DNA of 35,155 nucleotides, from positions 3,769,614 to 3,804,768 of the forward strand of contig JARFOE010000100.1 in assembly GCA_031763465.1 (NCBI GenBank), read 5' to 3'. This DNA comes from Squatina squatina. Lineage: Eukaryota. The notes beneath the pieces are model-generated. The model saw nothing but the letters and a program-made list of their open reading frames with translations, was not told where the DNA came from and did not search any database. The position numbers and the translations under genes are program-made. Each line of letters begins with the position of its first letter. Position 1 is the first letter of the stretch. Of the stretch, positions 1 through 11,314 are shown one piece after another.

Positions 1-150
1 TGCTGTTTGTGGGAGCTTGCTGAGTGAAAATTGGCTGCCGCGTTTCCCACATTACAGCAGTGACTACACTCCAAAAGTACTTCATTGGCTGTAAAGCGCT
101 TTGAGGCATCCGTGAAAGGTGTTATATATGTGCAAGTCTTTCTTTTCTTT
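1..150 (+). mobile_element. 3' half of tRNA-derived Deu-type SINE (SacSINE1-like)
   Basis: tgctgtttgtgggagcttgctg...aaattggctgccgcgtttcc...gtaaagcgcttt...tgcaagtctttctttt; homologous to copies at 2627-2920, 18005-18185 and 25344-25710. Confidence 0.85.
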
Positions 151-950
151 CTCCGCGTCAAATATGACAACGTGACAGAGATGTTCTGGGTAAAGTGCTG
201 GCCCTGGTCCAGGCACTGACTGTAGCTGATAGCTGAACACACAGGAACCATTACAGAGTCTGAAGTACGCAACAAGAGGCAAAAAAAGGACGAATTAATC
301 TGCGCATCTAATAACTTGTGTGGGAATCAATCCCGCTGCTGGAAATGAGTTATACTGATGGCGAGAGGGGGTGCTGGAAAACCATTGTCAGGCTGACCGT
401 AACATCGGGCTATATGTTGTGTCTTTGAATCACTTTCGGCTTCTGTTATTATTAAAACTGTATTTCAATTTAATATATATTGGAAAGCAAACTGAATAAA
501 TATTTTTTTTAAAGTGACTGTGGTGGAAGCTGCGTTTATTTTGCTGCTGCAAAGCTGACTGCTGTCGTCTTGTGCCTCCTGCATCATCCTGTTCAACTGT
601 TGGTGGCAAACATTTCAGCAATTAAAAATTAACAAGTCCCTTTGGGAATTTTAATACTTTTTCCTCATTTAAAAAAATTATGTTGAGTATGTGTTACTAT
701 TTTTATAGATATCTCCGCTCATGTCGAGTTCTGCATATGTTTGGAAACATGCAGCTCTTTGTGGGATACATTGTTTATAGTTTTATGATGAAAGCTGGGG
801 CAAATTCCACGGGATATTTTCCCACCATGCCACAAGCTCAGAAATTTTGTGGTTGTAATGTACCAGAATTGCTCTGCAGCCCATCCTTTGAATATCATGA
901 GACCACCGCTTACACGTGTGACTAAATTGATTTACTGCGAACAAAATGTG

Positions 951-1004
951 GTCCTAGATATNNNNNNNNNNCCGCAAAAAATTAGAGGGAACATTGGTCC
1001 TAGG
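951..1004. mobile_element. Right end of a hAT-like non-autonomous DNA element, mostly lost in a gap
   Basis: ttagagggaacattg (ends 996; reverse complement CAATGTTCCCTCTAA, hAT-type terminus) is followed by gtcctagg (997-1004). gtcctaga (951-958) lies left of the gap, giving a candidate 8-bp TSD with one mismatch. The left TIR is not visible. Confidence 0.5.
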
Positions 1005-1214
1005 GCTTTCCACAAGATCATGATTGGCCCACCTTAATTCAATCATCCAAAGTTTAACTTTAAGTAAGTAAAGCAAATAAAATAATAAATATATATGTTT
1101 AATTGTATAACTCATTTTTATGCAGAAAAAATACTTGTGTTGTGTTAGAGGGGGTCCATGGAACTTTTATAATACGGGAGGAGCTGTCAGAAGCAAGAAG
1201 GTTCAGAACTCCGG

Positions 1215-1517
1215 CTTTTCAGCTTTCTGGACTCAACATCGAGTTCAACAATTTCAGATCAAAACTACGGCTCCCATTTTTTTTCAGACAGCAGATGCTG
1301 GTAATGATTCTGCTGTTGCCATTTACAGCTCCTCTGGACCCATCTTTTCTTTCTTTACTTGTCCCATTAACAACCCCTTTTGCCTTGCACCACCATTCCT
1401 TTTGTCATTTGAATCACTCCAGCCTTCCACCCTATCACAGATTTTCCCTTTTGTTCTTTCCTCCCCCTCCCTGGTTTCCCTACTTTAAAACCTGCAACAT
1501 CTGTCACATTTTCCAGT
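1215..1517 (+). mobile_element. Penelope-like retroelement 3' fragment (end of GIY-YIG ORF plus pyrimidine-rich tail)
   Basis: Peptide FQLSGLNIEFNNFR (1217-1258) resembles the LQPxGLN C-terminus of Penelope ORFs. It is followed by a CT-rich tract ending ...catttttccagt-like, the sequence that precedes CTGATGA in the 25711-25910 copy. Confidence 0.65.
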
Positions 1518-2626
1518 CTCTACATGTCACTGGAGTAGACACTTCCTGTAGAATCTGGCAGACACCCATTCAAAGTAGAACTCCCAGCATTCGTTGGATA
1601 GTTTGCTGCAAGTAGAGACCATCCAGTCAAATGTAACACTGTCACCTTTTGCCCGGTTCAAATCTCGACAGGATTGCAGCATTTTATTTAAAGAATGGGG
1701 CATAAAACAGGTCCAATCACAGATCTCGTTAAAAAGCAAAACTGAAGTTTTCTGTCCGGCCTTCACTTCTCCAAATTACCTCCTTTGAAACTTGACTGTC
1801 CAGTTTGAAACTGGATAGGCTGTCACCATCACAGCAAAACATACATCAAAACTACAATTCCCATCATTCCTCGGATACCTTTGTAAATGTGCAGATAGCA
1901 GGAAATGGAAGACATGAAATGTATGAAAAATGGAGATTTCTCTTGCATTATACAATACCCTATACAGATTTTGTGGAATTTTAATTCTCTTATTGATTTG
2001 GATGAAAATTATTCAATATAAATGAAGAACAGTAGAGTACTTTGGAGACATGAGGAAAGTAACTGGTCTTCTAGTCTGGCTTCTGTAGATACTTAACTGT
2101 TGTAACCTTGGCAAATAGAAGATCAACTCCCTACAGTAAACAAATCTCTTGTTCAGCTACTCGAGTTGCTTTTAATTCTGCCTGGGCAAGTCAACTACAG
2201 GTTTATACTTGTTGTCTGGCTGGATGACTCTACTGTGAGCAAGTTCATCTGCAGGTGGCCAAGGATGTCATCTTTTCTTTTCCTTTACTAACAGCAATAC
2301 AATTATGGTACAATAAACAAGGACGAGTACAAACGGTACTTTGATTCAATATCTGTCAAACCTGTTGCTGCAAGACTAACTGTATTCTTCTTCAGCATTT
2401 TCCATATTGGCTATTGCCAGTAATAGAAAGACTAGCTCTGAAGGTTTCCTGTGTGACTGCAGGAGTAATCAAGAATATAGGGCTGAATCTTCAATGTACT
2501 ACTGAAAGTACAAGAGGAACAGACTAGTAATTTTGTTTTTAAGGCCAGCCAAAGGGAACATTTTGCTAAATTTGGATCTAATACTGATTCGCTTTCCAAG
2601 AACAGCTGAACAAAAGATATATTCTA

Positions 2627-2920
2627 AAGAAAATAAATACATTTATATAGCACCTTTCACGACCTCAGGACATCCCAAAGTGCTTTATAGCCAATGAAGT
2701 ACTGTTAAAGTGTAATCACGATTGCAATGTAGAAAACACGGCAGCCAATTTGTGCACAGCAAGCTTCCACAAACAGCAATGTGATAATGACCAAATAATC
2801 TCTTTTTTGTTCTGTTGATTGAGGGATAAATATTGGCCAAGACACCAAGGAGAACTAGACTTCTTTGAAATAGTGCCATGAGATCTTTTATATCCATCTG
2901 AAAGAGCCAGGGCCTCAGTT
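2627..2920 (-). mobile_element. Deu-type SINE, body and tail; head lost in gap
   Basis: Reverse complement of the SINE at 25344-25710 (aaatattggccaagacacc, tagtgccatgagatctttta, ggcagccaatttgtgcacagcaagct). Confidence 0.85.
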
Positions 2921-4332
2921 NNNNNNNNNNNNNNNNNNNNNNNNNNNNNNNNNNNNNNNNNNNNNNNNNNNNNNNNNNNNNNNNNNNNNNNNNNNNNNNN
3001 NNNNNNNNNNNNNNNNNNNNCCACCATCCCTGGTTACCCTCCATCCAAGGAGTAAACAGCCTGGCAGCTATTGCTTCACCATCTTTCATTTGGTTGATCA
3101 GGTGGAGGTGGGGGCAAAAAGGAGGAAGAAAGAATATTCAAGGAATCTGCCAGTGCTTTATTGGTTTGAAAAATTCGCGGAATACTTTGGTCATGTAGGT
3201 GGCTTATGTTAACAGGTTTCTGCATAAACAGAAGATATTGCTGTACCGCAGGTCTATTCAAGGTAGTCAGTAGTTTTGGGCAATCATTTCCTGAAAGCGG
3301 ATCTATAGGCCAATAGTTAAAAGAATGCACATTGAACCACATTTGTAGAGGTCATTATTTCAAAACTAACATAGTACCTCCACCAAGGAATAAGCAACTG
3401 TAACCAGAAGTCCAAGATACTTCAAGTGACATTACTGAAGTTCTGGAAATCTGAAACTGCTAAACACAAAAATAGCAGTAGTTAAGACCAGTTCCACATT
3501 CTGGCACACTACCAGTGTTCCAAATTTGCCCACTTTGTATGGAGCATATTCAAATTTTAGGAGGTATCACTGGAACAACACACAGATGCTCAAACATTTG
3601 ATTTGTTTACTTTACACTTTTGGTCACCGAATTTCAGCACATAGTCTGTACAGGCCAGTAATATGAAAGCTGCATTATGAGCCCACATAGGCAGGCTCAG
3701 CTTTTAGGTCTTCCATGTCTTGAATAAAATAGCTGCCTCAACAGCAAGCATCACTGCTCCCAGCAATTTATATGTCACCAGTGGGTGCTTTGTCTTCAGG
3801 GTATCATAATATAAACAGGGTATCAAATCGACAGCTTGTCAAAATGTAACAGGGCAAATTCAAAAGTGGTTTGTTCTTACACAGTACGTGATCATGACTG
3901 AATGTGGACTAAAACTGCAGCAGTTAATATTCATCTAGTCTGACAGGTTCATACAATGATCCACAGAAATTCTATAAATAAACTGCATTAGCATTGTGAC
4001 TTGGTATTCAGTGGGTAAGGAAAAGAAAAAATATATCCAGAGTGATAACGACAGAATTTCTATACATTATTTTACTCATTGATTTTATGCTGTAACTTTA
4101 ACCATTTAATATTAAAAATTTCAATTGTATACAAGCTTTAAATAAATCCCAAATATTGTCTATTCACTTCAAGAACATTTAGCTTTTTTTTAATAAAGCG
4201 TCTACAATAGAATGCACATAAATTTCAGATATNNNNNNNNNNNNNNNNNNNNNNNNNNNNNNNNNNNNNNNNNNNNNNNNNNNNNNNNNNNNNNNNNNNN
4301 NNNNNNNNNNNNNNNNNNNNNNNNNNNNNNNN

Positions 4333-4418
4333 ACTGTCCCCTCAAACACTCTCAGGGCAGGTACAGCACAGGTTAGATACAGAGTAAAGCTCCCTCTACA
4401 CTGTCTGATTAACACACT
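4333..4418. repeat. About 1.3 units of a 67-bp tandem-type repeat next to a gap
   Basis: actgtc...aaacact at 4333 recurs as actgtc...acacact at 4400 (period 67). A decayed dispersed copy lies at about 25254-25320. Confidence 0.6.
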
Positions 4419-4544
4419 GTTGAATGTGGTTGTGTGTTGTGTTTTACACCACGTAGCAGCCGCTCAGACCAAGGCGGGTTATTGACAGGTGAGATTCTTT
4501 CCCTGCAATTTGCTGAGAGATGTAACTGGATGGTTTTTACTCAC

Positions 4545-4731
4545 ACAGGTGCTGTGAATCTTCATCTTAAACTTCTCAAAGTACAGCCAGTCCCTGGCTT
4601 CCTCCGGGTCCAGGTCGTGGTAATAGTCTCTGGCTGTGTATCCCAGGCTGTGGAAGCTGCCGTCTGGAGTTAGGAGGAGGCTGGTCGGAGTTTTCTGATT
4701 GGCCACTCCCGGATCCCCACCTTCCCATCGC
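4545..4731 (-). CDS. HSPA12B: Internal coding exon (187 bp) of heat shock 70 kDa protein 12B
   Basis: Translates (R)[92 protein letters not shown] matches HSPA12B as I recall it, not HSPA12A ([29 protein letters not shown]). Acceptor ...ttgccAG|G at 4732-4733 (phase 2) and donor TGT|GTGAGT at 4539-4544 (phase 0). The ORF-track extension to 4787 and 4479 is intronic. Confidence 0.93.
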
Positions 4732-5444
4732 CTGGCAATGACAGCAGACCAATCAAAAGTCAACGCCATTGACTGGTCAAGTTCCAAGACAATGGGAGCA
4801 GGATTCCTCCCTTTTGTTATTTCACAAACATAAGGGAGAAATAATTCTAAAGCTAAACATAGATTTCACATTTCATGGAGGTGAAGTGAATTTCTTGGAG
4901 CTATTTTAAACATCAATTTAACTTTTTAAATTCCAAGACGACCTTATGTGGTGAGAGTGTGGAACAGATTACTGGCAAAGTTGGTAAAACAAGCAACCTT
5001 AAGTTGAGTTACATTGCCTTATCTGTATTCAAAAGCATGCAGATTCACATATTAGCAAGTTTTTTCAGGCCAACCCACTATAACTACCAACAAAATATAA
5101 TGACATCCATTAGAAATGCCAGAAATCATGCTGCGCAATTATTGGGTGATTCACGACTAAATCTTGATGCAATACTTCCAGTACCTGTTTATAGTGCAAA
5201 GTCGCAATGGAAAGTGGCTTGCAGCATATGGAAGCTATTGGTGAAACAAGCCTTCTTATACCATGGGGAAGTTTAATCATCAAGAGCGAGAAAAGTATGT
5301 GCATGCCTGCAAAACAACCGTGGCCACTGCCAGCCCACCATTCTGTCGAAGCTGTAATTGAATCTTTTTCTCCTCTCTTGGGTGGCAGTGACTCATGTAG
5401 ATGTGATATAAAGAAGCAGGTGGGCGCGAGGCAGGAGGTGGTCT

Positions 5445-5560
5445 TTAGTTCTGATGAAGGTTTTACATCCAAAACATCAACCGTCATTTTTTCTTTACAG
5501 ATGCTGACTAACCTGGTGTGTGTTTCCAGCATTTTCTGTTCATAGTCCAGATTTCTAGCC
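5445..5560 (+). mobile_element. Old Penelope-like terminal fragment with a decayed hammerhead core
   Basis: agttCTGATGAagg...acagatgctgactaacctg...tttccagcattttctgtt...cagatttctagc aligns with 25778-25900. Confidence 0.6.
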
Positions 5561-6487
5561 TTTACTTTTAATTGGTAGCTTATTTATTTTGTCTCAAATT
5601 CAATATTGACTTCTGTACAGCTGGTGATCAGAAAGCAATGCCAACACTGCATCATCTGCCTCTGAATGGTTTAATCATCCATCTCATGAAATTTGCAGTT
5701 TACAGTAAGTAATACACAATAAACCAATTGTGATTTTCCTCACCCGCCCCATTATTTCAAATCACATTTGCTTCTATACAGAATAGCTTTTACAAGCACT
5801 GTAGTTGGAAAAAGTTCCTAACTCAGGAAGTAGCAGATCTCACTGATCCAGCCTGGATTCTGGATTAATGGGAGTGGGTTGAACAGTCATGTCACAGAGG
5901 ATATTCCTTTAACTTTTAGCCTTATGAAAAAAGATGCAACAAAAGATACTTAGATTTATTAAGTGTGAAAATCCTAGCGGAAAGGATTACATTTTGAGCA
6001 TTTCAGACTGCTTGCAACTAACCGCCACTGTCTCAAAAAGATCAAGGAACTCAAGAGTGACTCTAGATCATAAATGCGATGACAGTCGCTTTGAATCATT
6101 ACTTCCAAACTCGGATTTGCATAATCTGCTCATTTCTTTTTCCCCATTCTTCAGCCCTCTCAGGCAAGCAATTTTTCAATCATACATCCGTTTCCCAAAA
6201 TACTGTACTACATTTAGCACAGTGCATTTAGTAACCCCAGGCCAATCGCAGTTTACTGCCAAAATCAAGTAAATAAAACTCAATGAGTCTGTTTCTAATA
6301 GCCAGTAACAAAGCTGCACTTTACAACGATGTAATGCAATTAGCTGTAACATAAAAAACAGACAAACTAATGTAGCAGCTGGAAGCCCATCTGTGCACAT
6401 TCTGGGAAATGGTGCAGTGGTCATTTTCAGATGTTTTGGGTGGCAAAGGTTGGATAGAAATACATAAAAGCAAATTTTTCACGACTA

Positions 6488-6745
6488 CAGTGGTTTTCAA
6501 ACTTTCCTGTGGGGGATAAGCCTTGCAAATGTCAACGCACTGCTAGGATCTTCCATCCGACCTGCTAAAAGACGTGTCAGTTTCGCAAAAGGNNNNNNNN
6601 NNNNNNNNNNNNNNNNNNNNNNNNNNNNNNNNNNNNNNNNNNNNNNNNNNNNNNNNNNNNNNNNNNNNNNNNNNNNNNNNNNNNNNNNNNNNCCCATTTT
6701 TTTTTTTTAAAAAGGTGACCAAGGATAGATTCCTGAAACCCACTG
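6488..6745. mobile_element. Possible hAT-Charlie-like MITE spanning a gap
   Basis: Left cagtggttttcaaacttt (Charlie-type terminus) and right ...tgaaacccactg form an imperfect inverted pair. cacgac occurs on both flanks 2 bp outside the termini, but there is no clean 8-bp TSD. Confidence 0.4.
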
Positions 6746-7296
6746 AACACGACAGAACCAAAGGCGAGCTCCCTAGCAACTGCCAAACATTATTCAAGTT
6801 GCATCACGTCACTCGATACCATACAATTTCCAATGCTACTTTGTAAATAACTGGGAGTGAAGTACTGGACCACAATATAATCAAGTGATTCAGACAGCTT
6901 TGTGAAGTGTGTGGAAATGTTTGAACACAAGTTTGGAACCCAAAACCAAAAGACAGATTAACTCTCAGCCTGGTACTGATAGTTTGATATGGCTAGATAA
7001 TGTCCCAATTCAAGATTATGACATTGTAAGAACAAAAATTAACTGCAATATGTTTCAAACTGAAAAAAAAACAATGGTTGCAGAGGAAAAGGTCAAGCAA
7101 GCCAGTCAACAGAACCTCAAGATATATATATTATATGAATGACAACCTTTAAACACCCAATGTGGATCACTCATACCATTAACCGGTTTTCTTTCACTTT
7201 ATTTATATCTATCTTTAAACCACCGATTTAAATGAAAACACTCAGAACAAACCGCCACCCTCTTCCAACATATACATAACCCAAATCTCAAGGCCA

Positions 7297-7555
7297 TTTT
7301 TCTTTTTCTTACTGACTCTCAGGATGTGAGCATCGCTGGCAAGGCCTGCATTTATTGCCCACCCCTAGTTGCCCAGGTTTGAGACAATTGAGTGGCCTCG
7401 CAAACCACTTCAGAGTGAACAGCAGCAGTCCAACAGATTTTTTTTTTACAAAAGAATCAACCCCATTGGTGTTGTGGCTGGAGTCATGTACAAACCAGAC
7501 TAACTAACGACAGCAGGTTTCCTTCCCTAAAGGACAACAGTGGTCCATCAGATTA
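7297..7555 (-). mobile_element. SINE sharing its 3' tail with the CR1-group LINE seen at 9595 and 34188
   Basis: ggatgtgagcatcgctggcaaggcctgcatttattgcccacccctagttgccc is the reverse complement of the tail at 34188-34258. It continues into a non-LINE body (ggagtcatgta...ccagac...ggtttccttccctaaaggac). Confidence 0.65.
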
Positions 7556-8239
7556 AAAATAATAGGTCACAGTGAGCAAAAGTTTTGCCGTAAAGCATAT
7601 TTGATGGCCTATTTCTTTAAATCTCCAAGTATCGGGGCATCAAGTAATAGACTAGTGCAGTTTTACACTAAGATTTATGCAGCATGTTCAGAACAAGGAT
7701 AGGTTGCATATCAGTTTTTACAGCCATGTTATTTGCTTGGTAATGTGTGCCATATAAACATGGAAAAGGAGACACTGAAAACAGAACATAAACAACTCAT
7801 CAGCTGGCCTCACACCTACACCCCTACAACAGCTTTACCTGGCAGCAAAGAACTTCCTCCTGAGATTCAAAAGATCCAATCAGATAACAGGACTTCTGTT
7901 TTCACTATTCAATTGGATATGCAAATTCAAAGCCATTCCCACAAGCTGGCTGCCAGGTTACATTGGTACAGTGACATTACAGAGTTTGGTCACTCAATGA
8001 ACATCGATTCCTATCAGATATCTGTTTAGAAAGAGGTAATGTAATAGCACAAGGAAAGCCTGATTGAGGCTTTACAACCTTTGCTGGCAATGTTGTATCA
8101 CTTCAACCACAAACCCCGACGTGTATCAGAAACACTGCACAGTTCAAATATTTCAACTACATGGAACTTTTTCAAAAGATTTCAGTAGCTATAAGGGAGG
8201 GGGAAGAATTACATACTGGAGCAAATATTCAATGTTGGT

Positions 8240-8360
8240 CAGCTCTATAACACAGCCCGGCTGGGTCAAAGGGGGGAAAGGGGAGGCGTGGGGGAAAGGG
8301 GACAAATCTACCATTTAAAATCTCTTTGTTCGTCGCTATCCAATCGCCTCAGGAAGCCCT
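8240..8360. promoter_or_regulatory. Candidate intronic promoter/enhancer (motif cluster with G-quadruplex potential)
   Basis: Five G-runs at 8263-8301 including GGGGAGGCGTGG (SP/KLF-like), CTTTGTT (SOX-like), CCAAT at 8341 and CAGGAAG (ETS-like) at 8350. Motif evidence only. Confidence 0.3.
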
Positions 8361-9043
8361 AAATCAAGGTGTGGAGCTGGTCTGTGTGTGTGTGTCTGTG
8401 ACCCAGAGTCAAGGATGTGCTACTTGCTGTTGAAGCTGCCACAAACGAACAACAACAAGCCCTGGCTGTGAAACATCACAGGCTTTTCACACAACATATA
8501 TATAATATATATATTCCCCCTTTCAGTCAAACAACAGTTAATATTCTCGACTGGGTTCCGAGCCTTTTAAAAAAAAATCCGACAGTTTACATTCTTCTCC
8601 GNNNNNNNNNNNNNNNNNNNNNNNNNNNNNNNNNNNNNNNNNNNNNNNNNNNNNNNNNNNNNNNNNNNNNNNNNNNNNNNNNNNNNNNNNNNNNNNNNNN
8701 NTGGGATTTCCAGAGGCTTACTGAAGTATCAGTAACCTTTCGCAAACTGGAGCCAAAATTCCTTGGGATGCAATCCTAGCACTACTGTTGGGATTGTGTC
8801 TGATGGCGCCTTCCAACGTTGACCCTGCCAGAGTTTGTGGAATCAAGTAGAGGTCACCTAATTAGCAAGCGCCACGATAAGCGTATCTTCAATACCCACC
8901 GGCCCCATATAGCAGGAGACTCTCGGATGAGATTCTATAGGTCTCCCATTGGAATAATAGCAGTAAATCATGAGGAATCCGAGCACTTCCGAAAATGTAA
9001 AGATATTTTTTTGACGATTTGTTGTTTGTAGAAAAGATAAACT

Positions 9044-9082
9044 GTGGGATCTGCTGAATTCCTTGAATTCAGCAGATCCCAC
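9044..9082. repeat. Perfect 18-bp hairpin with a 3-nt loop
   Basis: gtgggatctgctgaattc-ctt-gaattcagcagatcccac. Confidence 0.9.
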
Positions 9083-9594
9083 TATAATCTGTGACTGGAA
9101 TTTTATTGACTTTTATCTAGTCTGCAGATGTTTATGACCAGCTGTTATAGCAGCTAAAAAAAAGAGTAAAATCTACATCATGGCAGCTGATAAATCTAAT
9201 GATATCTTTGATATAGCTCAGCAGTGTGCATTTGTATGGTTCTTCAATGCTAAGCAATTAACTGTAGCCTAATTCCAATGCATAGAAGACAAAAGAGGCA
9301 TCGTTAGTGCTATATTCAAATTCTGAGAGTGTCAGTTATCACAGATGGTGCGCCATCCATATGACAACATGAAAAGTAGCTTGTCAACAGGATCGAGGAT
9401 CGCTAATTTTGAGTTTATTGCTGACTGATGCATCAAACATCTGTGTGTGTGTGCCCATGAACGGTAAGTTCAGAACACTGATGCAGATATAATATTCATC
9501 AACTTTTTGAAATTAGTTTCCATTCTTTAGCATTCTTTCAGCCAGGAGCTAGTAACGGATCATGATGGGCTTTTATACACAATGGGGCATTTAA

Positions 9595-9868
9595 TCCGGC
9601 ACAATTCCGAAGTGTGATGGAATACTCTCCATTTGCATGGATGGATGCAGCTGCAACAGCACTCAAGAAGTTTGACACCAGCCAAAGCAGCCCGCTTGAA
9701 CAGTAGCCCATCAACCACCTTAACCATTCACTCCCTCCCCTGCCGGCACACCGTGGCTGCAGTGTGTACCAGCTACAAGATGCACTGCAGCAACTTTGAA
9801 GCACCTCCCAAACCCGCTATACCAATAACCCAAGAGGGCAAAGGTAGCAGGGACATGGGAACAGCACC
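9595..9868 (+). mobile_element. CR1/L2-group LINE ORF2 C-terminal fragment, frameshifted
   Basis: Reads AQFRSVMEYSPFAWMDAAATALKKFDT and then, after a frameshift, KAARLNSSPSTTLTIHSLPCRHTVAAVCTSYKMHCSN. This fits the post-RT 'RSxxEYxxxxW...LDxIQxKAARL' pattern. Confidence 0.8.
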
Positions 9869-9968
9869 NNNNNNNNNNNNNNNNNNNNNNNNNNNNNNNN
9901 NNNNNNNNNNNNNNNNNNNNNNNNNNNNNNNNNNNNNNNNNNNNNNNNNNNNNNNNNNNNNNNNNNNN

Positions 9969-10385
9969 ACATAAAGCAGCAAAATCAGCGCTCCTTAGAG
10001 GGCCTGATCTCGGGAAGGGAGACAGGTTAGCTTGGGGGTGCTGAATGGAAGCGCTCCTGCTTCTCCTGGACCACAATTAATTCTGGAAAGGCACTTACCT
10101 CATCCACACAACAGTCCTCGCCTCGCTTTGACTATTGGGTTTCCTGAAGCTCAGGAAACCTGGCTGGCCAGGGTTCAATTTAAAATGGGGATAAAATCTG
10201 AGCCTCATTAAAATATTAAATGACCATCCCGCTTCCTGGGAGTGGGCTGGTTGCCCTCCCCTGTCCCTCCTCCGTTAAAATCGGATGTGGGCGGGTTCAA
10301 GTTGAGTTGGCTCCGGGTTTCAGATTTACAAAATTTTTATCACCGCCCAACCCAAACCCACCCGATTTTGGGGGTTATATTTCAC
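9969..10385 (+). mobile_element. Right part of a non-autonomous DNA element (Harbinger-like MITE family)
   Basis: Colinear homology with 31095-31456 (ggcacttacct/ggcacttatct, cagtcctc, ggaaacc.ggc..gccagggtt, cctgggagtggg.tggtt, cacccg.ttttg.ggtta). Confidence 0.7.
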
Positions 10386-10636
10386 ATAGTTCATTGGTAA
10401 GGTAGCTTTATTTTACAATAAGGTTAAATGCTAAAAGTATTTAATCTAAGTATTGCTGGATAATGGATAATAAATTTGCATGTTTAAGTACTTCATTACC
10501 ATGTAAATGTGCAGGACTATGATGTGGTTTTGATAAGTAAACCACTGTGCAAATATTTCTTTTCAAGACATAACAGATAAGTCCAAATGAGATCAAAGCG
10601 GCCATTTTAATTCATTTCACTATTAAGAAATGAAAG

Positions 10637-10771
10637 GGCTGATTTTCTGATGTCTCTCACAGGCGTGGGTGGTAGTTCTCAACTTGCCAGCAAAAGCCCC
10701 ATTAAGCCTTCAAAACATATTTTAATTAATTTAATTTAATTTAAATCGGCCCTTGGCGCAGTTTCCCCAAC
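10637..10771 (+). mobile_element. Left end of a Harbinger-like MITE, truncated by a gap
   Basis: Begins gggctgatttt, similar to the GG(C/G)C..(A)TTT termini at 15912, 17812, 21374 and 28845. Confidence 0.35.
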
Positions 10772-10871
10772 NNNNNNNNNNNNNNNNNNNNNNNNNNNNN
10801 NNNNNNNNNNNNNNNNNNNNNNNNNNNNNNNNNNNNNNNNNNNNNNNNNNNNNNNNNNNNNNNNNNNNNNN

Positions 10872-11053
10872 CCAAAGCGGTATATCTGTTTTGGAGGGAG
10901 GTGATAGCAGGGGACTCCTATACTACCTGCCTTCTTCTACGCTGCCTAGTGGTCACCCATTGCCCTTCTGCCTGTGTAACCTTCACATGTGGTATGATCA
11001 ACACACTAAACGTGCTATCCACGACGTCCTCAGCATCGCAGATGCTCCACAGT
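10872..11053 (-). mobile_element. CR1 LINE ORF1 fragment
   Basis: Minus strand reads LWSICDAEDVVDSTFSVLIIPHVKVTQAEGQWVTTRQRRRRQVV*ESPAITSLQNRYTAL, with the W..V/T.R and LxNRYxxL motifs that precede the esterase domain in CR1 ORF1. One in-frame stop. Confidence 0.8.
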
Positions 11054-11314
11054 CTATGGGAAGATCAGAAATGGACTGGTCTTGAGTGGCAAGTCATGGC
11101 ATGAAGCAGGATGATTTTTATGCGTAGCTGAATCACTACGGACAGTGTGATGTTTGTGGATTCCCTGATAAAAGCTCGGCTGTGATTTTGCAATCGGTTT
11201 TGGCATCTGCATTCACTGATTAAAATACATCACATAATTCTGAAACACTGAAAAAACAAATTGATTTTAAAAGATATTGATGGCAAAATTCTCCTTTTAT
11301 TCAGAGAGAAAATG

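Noticed and set aside
1103-1615. 170-aa ORF with a hydrophobic stretch
   Set aside because: Chance read-through of a Penelope ORF end and its CT-rich non-coding tail; no splice or homology support.
10093-10130. Minus-strand ...GGATGAG|GTAAGT donor that mimics the expected HSPA12B 'M-R' exon end
   Set aside because: It lies within a MITE whose homologue at about 31162 has the same motif, and the upstream sequence does not encode IDFGTTSSGY.
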